A stretch of 64,000 nucleotides of DNA from Alphaproteobacteria bacterium (GCA_963665325.3 CAXXWS020000003.1:32001-96000), one strand, 5' to 3'; counted from the stretch's first letter, positions 1 through 8,582 are shown. Notes: generated by a model from the sequence alone, not told the origin. Made by a program: numbers and translations.

Positions 1-1
1 G

Positions 2-190
2 CGTCAGCCGCACATTGAACCGGGCCCGGAGGAACAAGCGCACTCCAAGCTGCTGTTCAAGCACCCGGACGCGTGTCGATATGGCCCCCTGCGAGCAGCC
101 GATCGACCGGGCGGCGGCGGTGAAGCTCCGCTCGGTGGCGACGCTTACGAAAGCGCGCAGGAGCTTGAACTCGATATCGGATGTTGCCAT
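2..190 (-). CDS. LysR-family transcriptional regulator, N-terminal part (runs off window start)
   Basis: Manual translation from ATG at 190 gives MATSDIEFKLLRAFVSVATERSFTAAARSIGCSQGAISTRVRVLEQQLGVRLFLRARFNVRLT, a typical LysR winged-HTH; not in the ORF track. Confidence 0.88.
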   Translation of the reverse strand, partial: MATSDIEFKLLRAFVSVATERSFTAAARSIGCSQGAISTRVRVLEQQLGVRLFLRARFNVRLT

Positions 191-307
191 TCGATCATTT
201 GGCACAATTGGAGATCCCGTTCGCCGGTGCTCTATGTCTTCCGATAATAGCTCAACCGAAGCTTCCATCTCCTGTCGTCTCCAAACGCAGGAAATAGTTG
301 CCCAGGA

Positions 308-337
308 TGAACCGCCTCGGGTTTCCCGGAGGCAGTT
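308..337 (+). mobile_element. IS3-family terminal inverted repeat
   Basis: TGAACCGCCTCGGGTTTCCCGGAGGCAGTT; 28/30 identical to the reverse complement of 2321-2350; begins with TG. Confidence 0.8.
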
Positions 338-1155
338 CACCCTGCGAGCTGGAGCCAAATCCAGAAGAAAGCAAAGAGCACCGGCTGGTGGAGCAGGTAA
401 TAAACGAGGCTGTGGCGCCCGATGAAGCGGACGATGCTTCCCGACCTTCCCTCAAGCCTCGGCGTCGCCAGCACCGGCAGCCAGCCTGCCCGGTGGCACA
501 CCTTCGCCGCCCCGACCCCGAGAAGCGCCGGAGCCAGCCACGGGAACACCGGGCGGAAATCGCTGGTCACCGGCGCGACGCTTCCGAGGCCGAGCCAGCT
601 CAAGGCGAATGCGTTCAGCCATTCGATCACGATGAACTCATCGATCAGGAAGATCGCCGCCGCTGCTGCCACCGCCAACCACCAAGGGGCGCGAAGGAAT
701 GCGAGCCCAGCGATGCTCGCAATCGCAATCATATGCAGGATACCGAAGAAGACGTACATCTCCGGCGTCACAAATCGGGTCACCGCGGTAATCGCAAGCG
801 CAGCCAGCACGATGATGACGAGGCGCCGTCCCCAGGACCGCCACCGGACCTCTTCTCTGTGTGCGAGATAGAGGCTCGCGCCCGTGAGAAAGAGAAAGCT
901 CCCAGCGACGACGGTGGCAAGGGTCCACCAATGCAGCTGGTCCGAGTAGCCGTATTCTTCCAGGCCGAAAAACTCAAGGTCGTAAACAAAGTGGAAGACG
1001 GTCATGCCGATAAGGGCCATGCCCCGGAGGAAATCCACGAGCGCAATGCGGGGGATCGCGCCCGACGAAGAGACCGCCCGGCTTGCATCATCCTTCAGAG
1101 CTTGGGGCTTCCCTGCCAATCTCCGCGCCATCCCGGCAATTCCCTTCATCGACAA
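337..1155 (-). CDS. DUF1624 / heparan-alpha-glucosaminide N-acetyltransferase-like multi-pass membrane protein
   Basis: RIALVDFLRGMALIGMTVFHFVYDL, FFGILH, DFRPVFPW and GRHSLVYYLLHQP motifs; many hydrophobic segments; start uncertain. Confidence 0.85.
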   Translation of the reverse strand: MSMKGIAGMARRLAGKPQALKDDASRAVSSSGAIPRIALVDFLRGMALIGMTVFHFVYDLEFFGLEEYGYSDQLHWWTLATVVAGSFLFLTGASLYLAHREEVRWRSWGRRLVIIVLAALAITAVTRFVTPEMYVFFGILHMIAIASIAGLAFLRAPWWLAVAAAAAIFLIDEFIVIEWLNAFALSWLGLGSVAPVTSDFRPVFPWLAPALLGVGAAKVCHRAGWLPVLATPRLEGRSGSIVRFIGRHSLVYYLLHQPVLFAFFWIWLQLAG

Positions 1156-1625
1156 GAATTACTGGACTGCACAATGAGGTTATACAATAGCATGGCAATC
1201 GCCTGAGAGGTTTTGGAGACAGGACTCGGCAGGCCGGAACCTTCGCAAAGTGAGCGCTGGAACCGCCTGCGCCGGACGGCGCACGTGATGGTCTGAATCT
1301 TCGGATCGGCCTGCACAGGCACAGCAGGGCTACCAAGCCCGTTCCATTACGCGAGCGGAGCACCGCTCGGAAGAGCCGGGCAAGACGATCGGGACAGCAT
1401 CGTCGAAGCCGGCTGCCATGCCTGCGTCATTAGGCGGCCGGGCAGGTCCCGTACGCCGGCAGCTTTGACCGGCTCCGATGCACCGCGACATCAAACTCGT
1501 TGCGCACCGTCGCACGCTGGACTGCTCCTTGAATGAACGGCACTGCTGTTCTTGTCGGGCCACCACGATGCGAACCAGTCCCTGTACCGCCGCTCGAAGC
1601 GCAAGGTGAAAAATTCACCTTTGAT

Positions 1626-1638
1626 CCGGGGCGGTTCA
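1626..1638. mobile_element. IS3-type end (CCGGGGCGGTTCA)
   Basis: Reverse complement TGAACCGCCCCGG matches 308-320 at 12/13; abuts the truncated IS3 transposase. Confidence 0.55.
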
Positions 1639-2311
1639 GGATTCGTCTATGTGGCCTTCGTGATCGATGCCTTCGCACGCCGGATCGTCGGATGGCGGGT
1701 GAGCCGCACGGCCCATGCAAGCTTCGTTCTGGATGCCCTGGAACAGGCGATACATGCCCGGAAGCCCGCTAGAGCCGAATCCATTCGAATTGAACCGCAA
1801 CTGGAACCGGGCCCAAAATCGTCACCCCGGCCCCCGATCCGGGGTCCAGAACCGCCTTCGAAACCTGGTGAAGCCCCGGTAGTCTGAACCCCGGATCTCC
1901 GCTCCGCTCCGTCCGGGGTGACAATTGAGGCTGCGCGTTCGACTTCGTTTCAACTCGAACGGACCGTGCTCTAGGGGATCGGGCCTCGTGCATCACAGCG
2001 ACCGCGGCGTCCAATACCTGTCGATCAAATACTCCGAGCGCCTGGCCGAAGCCGGGATCGATCCTTCGGTCGGCAGTGTCGGCGACAGTTACGACAACGC
2101 GTTGGCCGAAACGATCAACGGCCTCTACAAGGCCGAGGTGATCCACCGGCACGGCCCGTGGAGATCGTTCGAGGCCGTCGAATACGCCACCCTCGAATGG
2201 GTGGACTGGTTCAATAATCGCCGCCTGCTCGGCCCCATCGGTAACATCCCGCCCGCTGAGGCCGAAGCAAATTACTATGCTGCCAGCGAGAACCTCGATA
2301 TGGCTGCATGA
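1639..2311 (+). pseudogene. IS3-family transposase OrfB (DDE core), 5'-truncated and interrupted by a MITE
   Basis: GFVYVAFVIDAFARRIVGW then HHSDRGVQY and SYDNALAETINGLYKAE; removing 1769-1970 rejoins KPARGSGLVHHSD in frame. Confidence 0.9.
1769..1974. mobile_element. ~200-bp MITE with CTAG target duplication and internal REP-like palindrome
   Basis: CTAG at 1769-1772 and 1971-1974; imperfect ends CTAGAGCCGAATCCATTCGAATTGAA vs rc CTAGAGCACGGTCCGTTCGAGTTGAA; internal GTCACCCCGG...CCGGGGTGAC. Confidence 0.85.
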
Positions 2312-2320
2312 CTCAGACCA

Positions 2321-2350
2321 AACTGCCTCCGGGAAACCCGGGGCAGTTCA
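2321..2350. mobile_element. IS3-family right inverted repeat
   Basis: AACTGCCTCCGGGAAACCCGGGGCAGTTCA directly after the transposase stop; ends in CA. Confidence 0.85.
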
Positions 2351-2554
2351 CAAGGCGGTCAAGGGCTTGCCAAACTTGAAGGAGTCTCAAGTCAGGCTCT
2401 AATATGTCATTTACTCATATGCACGTCAAGGAGCCAGGGTGCCTAGAACGCGCCGCGCAGGAACCGGATCCCGGTCCGGCGCTTCCTGTGGAACCTCCGG
2501 GGATATCTGCGTTGGTGCAAGTTGTTCAGCGAATGTATCGGGGCATGCGGTCAG

Positions 2555-2655
2555 GAGCGATCCCCGGGATCGTCATCAGGCGCGCCGCTCCTTCGTCCAG
2601 ACGCGTGCTGGCCCGGATCTCCTTTTCCAACCCGCCGATCTTCTCATTGAGATCG
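2555..2655 (-). pseudogene. IS110-family transposase relic
   Basis: DLNEKIGGLEKEIRASTRLDEGAARLMTIPGIAP resembles the coiled-coil plus LxTIPGIG motif of IS110 transposases; short fragment only. Confidence 0.6.
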
Positions 2656-2776
2656 CGCCCGCGGTAGCTTGCGCCTGTTGCAAACCCAAGATGCTGCAGG
2701 GTACCGACGCAATCGAAACGGGCTGCTCCAGGGTTATGGAAAGATCCGCAAGCATTCGGCCTTCGGGAGTCACAGG

Positions 2777-3499
2777 ATGACCGGCCCAGCCCCCGGCGGC
2801 ACGTCTGCCGCGCAAGACGCCGGAAAGTCGGGAGGTGGCGGCGTTGGTACGGCACCCGCTCCGGCGCGGAAGACCATCGGTTCGGTGGCCAGCGACGCCA
2901 TCCGCGAGGGGCTGACCAACGAGCAGGCGCTGGAACGCGTCCTGGCGGAATTCCCTTATGCGCGGACGACGAAGCACACGATTGGCAAGTATCGCCGCAT
3001 GCTCAGGAACGGGGGCGAGCCGGTTCCGACAGCGGCCCAGGCGAAGGCCGAAGCGGCGCACAGACAGCCCTCCACGTCGCCGTCGCGCCCGCGCGGCGCC
3101 TCGTCGGATCGGCGGCGTTCCACGCCACCATCGGAACGGGAGACCGTGGGCTCGGTGGCGATGAACGCCATTCGCGATGACAAGACCAACAGACAGGTCG
3201 TCGAAATCGTGAAGGCGCGCTTTCCTGAGGCCCAGATATCGGGGTCCTCGGTCAATTCCTATCGCAGTCGGCTGCGCCGCCGGGGAGAAGCCGTCCTGAC
3301 GGCGCGCGAGGCGACCGACGCCTACACGGCCGGTTCCGGTCCGCTCGTCGCGGAGCTGGAGGCGGCCAGGGCCGCGCGCGACGAGATGGCGACGAAGGCC
3401 GACCTTTCCGCCCTGGAAGCGCGTCTCGTCCGGCGCCTCGCCGGGCTGGTCATCGCCGCGGGCATAGCGGTGGTTGGCGCGGTAACGCTGCTTTCCTGA
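2777..3499 (+). CDS. Hypothetical protein: two ~55-aa basic helical repeats plus C-terminal ATKADL coiled coil and transmembrane helix
   Basis: Repeats TIGSVASDAIREGLTNEQAL...KYRRMLRNGGEPV and TVGSVAMNAIRDDKTNRQVV...SYRSRLRRRGEAV; hydrophobic C-terminus; GGGAG upstream of ATG 2777. Confidence 0.7.
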   Translation: MTGPAPGGTSAAQDAGKSGGGGVGTAPAPARKTIGSVASDAIREGLTNEQALERVLAEFPYARTTKHTIGKYRRMLRNGGEPVPTAAQAKAEAAHRQPSTSPSRPRGASSDRRRSTPPSERETVGSVAMNAIRDDKTNRQVVEIVKARFPEAQISGSSVNSYRSRLRRRGEAVLTAREATDAYTAGSGPLVAELEAARAARDEMATKADLSALEARLVRRLAGLVIAAGIAVVGAVTLLS

Positions 3500-3526
3500 G
3501 GAGAGCGGCGCCCTGTGGTGCAAACG

Positions 3527-3594
3527 GGCTCTGTTGCAAACCCGGCTTTCCCGGCCGCGTCTCCAAGTCTCGCCAGGTTTGCAACAACAGGGCC
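3527..3594. mobile_element. Possible miniature IS6-like element / paired IS ends
   Basis: GGCTCTGTTGCAAA (IS6100/IS26-type end) facing TTTGCAACAACAGGGCC; related CTGTTGCAA motifs near 2675 and 3697. Confidence 0.4.
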
Positions 3595-3914
3595 GCTGAA
3601 ATTGCCCGCAACCGGGTCGCCACGACAGAATTCGGACCGGCTCGAAATCGAGCCAAGGGCCGCCCCCGCCACATCGCGAGGACGATGGCAGAGGCGGCTG
3701 TTGCAACACACCCCTAGGGAAAGGGTGTGGCGCGCACGCTAATGTTTCGGCCGCTGAAGATCAACAGCGACCGGATCCCGGCCGGCGGTGCAAGAGCGTG
3801 GCGCCGGTCGCGGTATCCGGCGGACCGTCCCGCCCTGGAATGTCGGTCCGTCGCGCCCGCGGCCGCGCTGGCGCGACCCTCCCGGCAAGGCGACCCCGTT
3901 CGACTGCGGGGCGA

Positions 3915-4090
3915 CCTGAAGACCTCCCAGGTCCCGGTGGAGTGCTTCTGTGCGTGCCATGGTTCTTCGACCCCGGGATGCCCCACTTCGCCTCACCATA
4001 TCGGCTGGTGGGTGTTGCCTTCGACCATGACAACGGTCTCGGCGCATCCATTTCGTGCCATTTCGGAGCTCAATAGCCCGGCCCGCACCG
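3915..4090 (-). ncRNA. Group II intron domain I remnant (truncated)
   Basis: Ordered motifs on the minus strand (ATTGAGCTCCGAAA, CCGAGACCGTT, GAAGGCAACA, GGCACGCAC, GGGACCTGGGAGGTC) resemble bacterial group II intron 5' domains; no RT gene or domain V seen. Confidence 0.55.
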
Positions 4091-4150
4091 GCCGCCGCAG
4101 AAGACAATCCCGACTGACCAAAATCCAGGCGCCCGGAGCCATGCTCAAGG

Positions 4151-4221
4151 CCGGCCGGAACTTATTGAAATCCGCGGCCGGGACTTAGTGAAATACCCGG
4201 CCGGAATCTCTGAAATACGCA
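4151..4221. mobile_element. IS21-family end with three ~23-bp internal repeats
   Basis: CCGGCCGGAACTTATTGAAAT / CGGCCGGGACTTAGTGAAAT / CCGGCCGGAATCTCTGAAATACGCA, ending in CA; truncates istA. Confidence 0.7.
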
Positions 4222-4885
4222 AACGGCAGGAACGCGGCACGAACCCCCAGTGCGCGGCAAAGCGCAGGAACTCCGCGTTGAGCACCAGGCCACCGTCGGC
4301 GGAGCGGTCATCGGACAGCACGACGGCACGCATCTGGTCGAACAGCAGCTCGTCGGGAACCCCGCCGAACGTTTCGAAGGCGCTCTCCAGCCCTTCCATC
4401 AGGATCGCCATCGTCTGACGCGGGAAGAAGCGCAGCCAGAGCAGCCGGGAGTAGCTGAGCACGATCACAAGCGCATGGCGCCGGCCCCAGGGAAGCCGGA
4501 ACGTCCCGAAGTCCACCTGACCCTGGCGGCCCGCCGGCGTCTCGAACCGCACCACCGCCTCGACCGGCTCAGACGGCCGCGTCGCACGCACATAGTCCAG
4601 AACGCGGCGATAGCCGCCCGGGTAACCCGCCGCGCGGACCTCGTCGAACAGACGCTTCGCCGAGAGCTTCGGGAACGCCACAAGGCGCGCGTCGATGATC
4701 CCCTTGTAGGGATCCAGCTTGTGAGCCACCGGGGGACGCGCAGCATAGCCTCGCGGGCCGGCACACAAATCGCGGTCCAGTTGGCCTGTCTCGATCCAGT
4801 AGTGGATCGTGCGGCGGTTCACCCCGAACCGCCGCGACAGCTCAGCCTTCGAGACACCCTGGTCCAGATAGTGCTTCAACAACAT
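4222..4885 (-). pseudogene. istA: IS21-family transposase IstA, 3'-truncated
   Basis: N-terminal HTH, KLDPYK, RFETPAGRQGQVDF, LSYSR and FGGVPDELLFDQM motifs; homology stops at PRSCR at the second IS21 end; no istB. Confidence 0.9.
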
Positions 4886-4979
4886 CCTCGTCTCCCATCC
4901 ATAGATCCGTGCGCTGACCCCGCTCCGTTGGCAAAGCCAACACGGCGGCCCGACGCGCCTTCAGCGACAAGCCAAAAAA

Positions 4980-5030
4980 ATGAGAAATCTTGGGTTGCCA
5001 TAAATGGAAGACTTGCGGGTGCCACCAACA
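4980..5030 (-). mobile_element. IS21-family left end
   Basis: Minus strand TGTTGGTGGCACCCGCAAG...TATGGCAACCCAAG; TG start and repeated TGGCA-CC boxes upstream of istA. Confidence 0.65.
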
Positions 5031-5152
5031 CGAGCTCGGGACGCGGATTTCAGAGACCCGGTCGTGTTGTCCGGCGCCCCGATTTGGCTGCCGGTCAGGC
5101 TAACGGCATATCGATCTGTCTCCCATTGGCGGGGTCAATATTGAAGGTCGAC

Positions 5153-5335
5153 CTAATTCCGCTCTCCGGACATGAGCTTGTCGATCGCTTCTCCTATGCG
5201 CTCGGCCGCAGCTTCGATTTCCCGGTCCCCCACATGGGCGTAGCGCAGCGTCAACTGCACGTTGGAATGCCCGAGCAGCCTGGAGACCACAGGCACGGAC
5301 ACTCCGTTCATCACAGCATGGCTCGCCATGGTATG
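5153..5335 (-). pseudogene. C-terminal 60 codons of the resident tyrosine integrase split by the ICE
   Basis: Manual translation HTMASHAVMNGVSVPVVSRLLGHSNVQLTLRYAHVGDREIEAAAERIGEAIDKLMSGERN*; has LLGH and catalytic Tyr (RYAH); no start codon of its own. Confidence 0.9.
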
Positions 5336-5347
5336 GCAAATATCGTG
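5334..5347. other. Left attachment junction of the ICE (TGGC-aaata-TCGTG)
   Basis: Integrase homology ends here; same TGGC-N5-TCGTG frame as 49103-49116; AT-rich DNA follows. Confidence 0.8.
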
Positions 5348-5548
5348 TATTTAATCTAACCACCGCCCAGCGCCGACCAGTGCCGACTGAACTACGATTA
5401 ATCACGGTATAACAACTATCTATGAGATATTCAGTCCGACCGGAAGGGGTTGCACTGCCGCCCGCCACCGCCTATAACCGGCTCGATTATGACACCGGTC
5501 GGTTCCTATGTGTTTACGATCCGGGACCGAAAAATTCCAGGATCCGGG

Positions 5549-6739
5549 ATGCCCGCACGAAACGCGATCAGGATTTCCAAGCGCTCGGTGGACGCGCTGA
5601 GGGTCGAGCGCGGCGACGCGGTGTTCTGGGACCGCGACCTGACCGGCTTCGGCGTCAGGGTGTATGCGACGGGGCGCAAGGTCTACGTGGTGCAGATGCG
5701 GGGGCTGGCGGGCAGCATGAAACGCGCCACGCTCGGCGCGCACGGCGAGATGGCGCCCGACGAGGCGCGCAAGGACGCGGCGGGCGTGCTCGACCGCATC
5801 CGGCGCGGCGAGGAGCCGTTCCCGCCCGCACCTGAGGCGGAGCCCACCGTCGCGGACCTGGCGGCACGCTACATGAAGGCGCATGTCGAGGTGAACTGCC
5901 AACCGGGAACGGTGGAGACCTTCCGGCGCATTGTGGACCGCTACATCGTGCCCGAGCTCGGCCATCTGGCGCTGTCGGCGGTGGAGCGTTCGCATGTGTC
6001 GGACCTGCACTTCGGGATGCGGGACAAGCCGTCCCAGGCGAACCAGACGGTCGGCGTGCTCTCGAAGATGTTCCGGCTCGCCGAGGCGTGGGGGATGACG
6101 CCGCCCCGGCGCAATCCGTGCCGCTCGGTGCGGCCTTACACGAAGACCCGGCGCGAGCGGTTCCTGACGCCCGAGGAATACCGCACGCTCGGCCGGGTGC
6201 TGGACGAGGCCGAAACGCAGGGCGGGTTTCTTCCCTCGGGGGTGGCGGCGATCCGCCTGCTGCTGCTGACCGGGTGCCGCAAGAACGAGATCGTCACGCT
6301 CCGGTGGGACGACATCGACCGCACGGCGGGCGAGATCCGGCTCCGCTGTACGAAAACCGGGGCGCGGCGCATCCCGCTGACGCCGGCGGTGGAATGGGTG
6401 CTGGCCGGCGTTCCGCGCATCGAGGGCAATCCCTGGGTGATCGCGGGCCAGAAGCCGGGGGACCATCTGAAGAACCTCGACCAGGTCTGGGCGCGCCTGC
6501 GCCGCCGCGCCGGGCTGAAGGACGTGCGGATTCACGACTGCCGACATTCGTATGCCTCGCGGGCGCTGGCGATCGGCGAGGGCCTGCCGACGATCGGCAA
6601 GCTGCTGGGCCACCGCAAGGTGACGACGACCGCGCGCTATGCGCATCTCGCGCGCGACACCGAGAAGGCCTCGGCGGTCAGGGTCGGGGGCAGCATCGGC
6701 GCGGACATTCTCGGCGGCGGGGAAGGCCGGGCGGCGTAG
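5549..6739 (+). CDS. Tyrosine recombinase/integrase 1 with N-terminal arm-binding domain
   Basis: FWDRDLTGFGVRV arm domain; TGCRKNE, TKTG, HDCRH, LLGH and RYAH catalytic motifs all intact. Confidence 0.93.
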   Translation: MPARNAIRISKRSVDALRVERGDAVFWDRDLTGFGVRVYATGRKVYVVQMRGLAGSMKRATLGAHGEMAPDEARKDAAGVLDRIRRGEEPFPPAPEAEPTVADLAARYMKAHVEVNCQPGTVETFRRIVDRYIVPELGHLALSAVERSHVSDLHFGMRDKPSQANQTVGVLSKMFRLAEAWGMTPPRRNPCRSVRPYTKTRRERFLTPEEYRTLGRVLDEAETQGGFLPSGVAAIRLLLLTGCRKNEIVTLRWDDIDRTAGEIRLRCTKTGARRIPLTPAVEWVLAGVPRIEGNPWVIAGQKPGDHLKNLDQVWARLRRRAGLKDVRIHDCRHSYASRALAIGEGLPTIGKLLGHRKVTTTARYAHLARDTEKASAVRVGGSIGADILGGGEGRAA

Positions 6740-6769
6740 CGCCCGGAAGAGACCGGAGACGGAGAGGAC

Positions 6770-7978
6770 ATGGCGCGGCTCGGGACGAAGAAGATTTCGC
6801 GGCGGACGGTCGAGGCGCTGAGGGTGGAGAAGGACACCATCTTCTGGGACAGCGAGCTGGCGGGCTTCGGGGTGCGCGTCCATCCGACGGGGCGGAAGGT
6901 CTACATCGCGCAGACCCGCGCGGGCGGCAGGGCGGCCAAACGGGTGACGGTGGGACGGCACGGCGTCATCACCGCGGAGGAGGCCCGGCGCCGCGCCGCG
7001 CTGATCGTTGCCCGGATCAAGGCGGGCGAGGAGGCGATCCCCGAGCCGATGGCCGCGAAACCGGCCGGGGGGCCGAGCGTGGGAGCGTTGGCCGGGCGCT
7101 GGCTCGAGCAGCATGTGGCGGTGCGCTGCAAGCCGAAGACGCAATCCATGTACCGCCTTGTTGTCGCGAAGTACATCCTGCCGGAACTCGGCAAGCGCCC
7201 GGCGCCGGCGGTAGGCCACAAGGAGGTGACGGAGCTTCATCACTCGCTGAGCGCAACGCCGGTGATGGCGAACCATGTGGTCGATGTCCTGTCGCGGATC
7301 TACAACGCCGCCGAGGACCGTGGAGATATCCCGGAGGCGACCAACCCGTGCCGGCAGGTGGTCAAGAACCGCGAGCGCAGGCGCGAGCGGTTCCTGACCG
7401 ACGAGGAGTTCCGGCGCCTGGGCCGGGTGCTGGACGAGGCGGAGACCCGCAAGGGGGTCTCGGTGCACGCCGTGGCGGCGATCCGGCTGCTGCTGCTGAC
7501 CGGCTGCCGCAAGGGCGAGATCCTGAACCTGCGCTGGGACCAGGTGGATCTGGAGGCGAGCGAGCTCCGCATACCCGAGACGAAAACGGGTCCCCGGACG
7601 ATTTCGCTGTCGCCGGAGGCGGCGGCGGTGCTGTGCGGGACACCCCGGCGGTGTGGCAATCCGTTCGTGATACCGGGGAAGCTCAGGGGCAAGGCGATGC
7701 GCAACCTCAACGACCCCTGGGAGATCGTCTGCAAGCGCGCCGGACTGGAGGACATGCGGCTTCACGACTGCCGGCACAGCTACGCGTCCAGGGCGCTCGC
7801 ACTCGGCGAATCCCTGCCGATGATCGGCCGGCTGCTCGGTCACACGCAGGTGGAGACCACCGCGCGCTATGCGCATCTCGCGGAGGCCTCGGTGAAGGAA
7901 TCGGCGGTGCGGGTGGCGGACAGCATTGCCGGCGATCTTCTGGCGAAGTATCCGGGGACCGGGAGCGTCGCCGGTTGA
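6770..7978 (+). CDS. Tyrosine recombinase/integrase 2, paralog of integrase 1
   Basis: FWDSELAGFGVRV; TGCRKGE, TKTG, HDCRH, LLGH, RYAH; GGAGAGGA RBS. Confidence 0.95.
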   Translation: MARLGTKKISRRTVEALRVEKDTIFWDSELAGFGVRVHPTGRKVYIAQTRAGGRAAKRVTVGRHGVITAEEARRRAALIVARIKAGEEAIPEPMAAKPAGGPSVGALAGRWLEQHVAVRCKPKTQSMYRLVVAKYILPELGKRPAPAVGHKEVTELHHSLSATPVMANHVVDVLSRIYNAAEDRGDIPEATNPCRQVVKNRERRRERFLTDEEFRRLGRVLDEAETRKGVSVHAVAAIRLLLLTGCRKGEILNLRWDQVDLEASELRIPETKTGPRTISLSPEAAAVLCGTPRRCGNPFVIPGKLRGKAMRNLNDPWEIVCKRAGLEDMRLHDCRHSYASRALALGESLPMIGRLLGHTQVETTARYAHLAEASVKESAVRVADSIAGDLLAKYPGTGSVAG

Positions 7979-8204
7979 ATGGCGGGATCGCGAACCGCGG
8001 CAGCCACACGGCCGTCCTTGCCGGTGAGACGGAAGCTGCTCCGTCCATCGCCGCCCGGCATGTTGACTGCCGTAGTCACGTTCGGCATGACGCGCACGGA
8101 CTCCGCGGGCCGCCGGCCCGGCCTGCCGGGTCCGATGTGCCGCCCGGGTATCCGCGGCGCGCCCGGCGCCCCGCGATGGCCACCGCCCGCAAGCGGACGA
8201 CGTG

Positions 8205-8423
8205 TCAGTGCTCGGTGGATTCCAGTTTCTCGCCGAGCTGCTTCAGATGCATTCCGAGCTCGACGGCGTCCCCGGGGGTCAGTCCGAAGGCGAGGCGCAC
8301 GGGTTCGTCCGGGTCGACGCGGTACTCGAGCTCGACACCGACATACGCCGCTCCGTCCGCGGTGGTGAGCTTGCGCAGGCGCACCTTCTCGATGGGTGGA
8401 ACGCGCTTCGGGACATCGCTCAT
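8205..8423 (-). CDS. Small hypothetical protein (72 aa)
   Basis: MSDVPKRVPPIEKVRLRKLTTADGAAYVGVELEY... has protein-like composition; ATG overlaps the TGA of a short upstream ORF. Confidence 0.55.
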   Translation of the reverse strand: MSDVPKRVPPIEKVRLRKLTTADGAAYVGVELEYRVDPDEPVRLAFGLTPGDAVELGMHLKQLGEKLESTEH

Positions 8424-8465
8424 CGGACGGGCCGGGTCCGGCCCGTCCGCACCGGCGGATCGTCT

Positions 8466-8582
8466 CTGCGGTGCGGCATCGTCATCGCATCGAACCTCCA
8501 CGGCCTCGCGGGATGCCGCGACCGGGGTGGAGCCTCGTCCGGGCGCGAACCCGGCGGACTCTACGCCATGGCGGGCGCGGGC
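8466..8582. repeat. 117-bp direct repeat, copy 1
   Basis: Matches 9446-9562 with 10 mismatches and no gaps (manual count). Confidence 0.9.
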
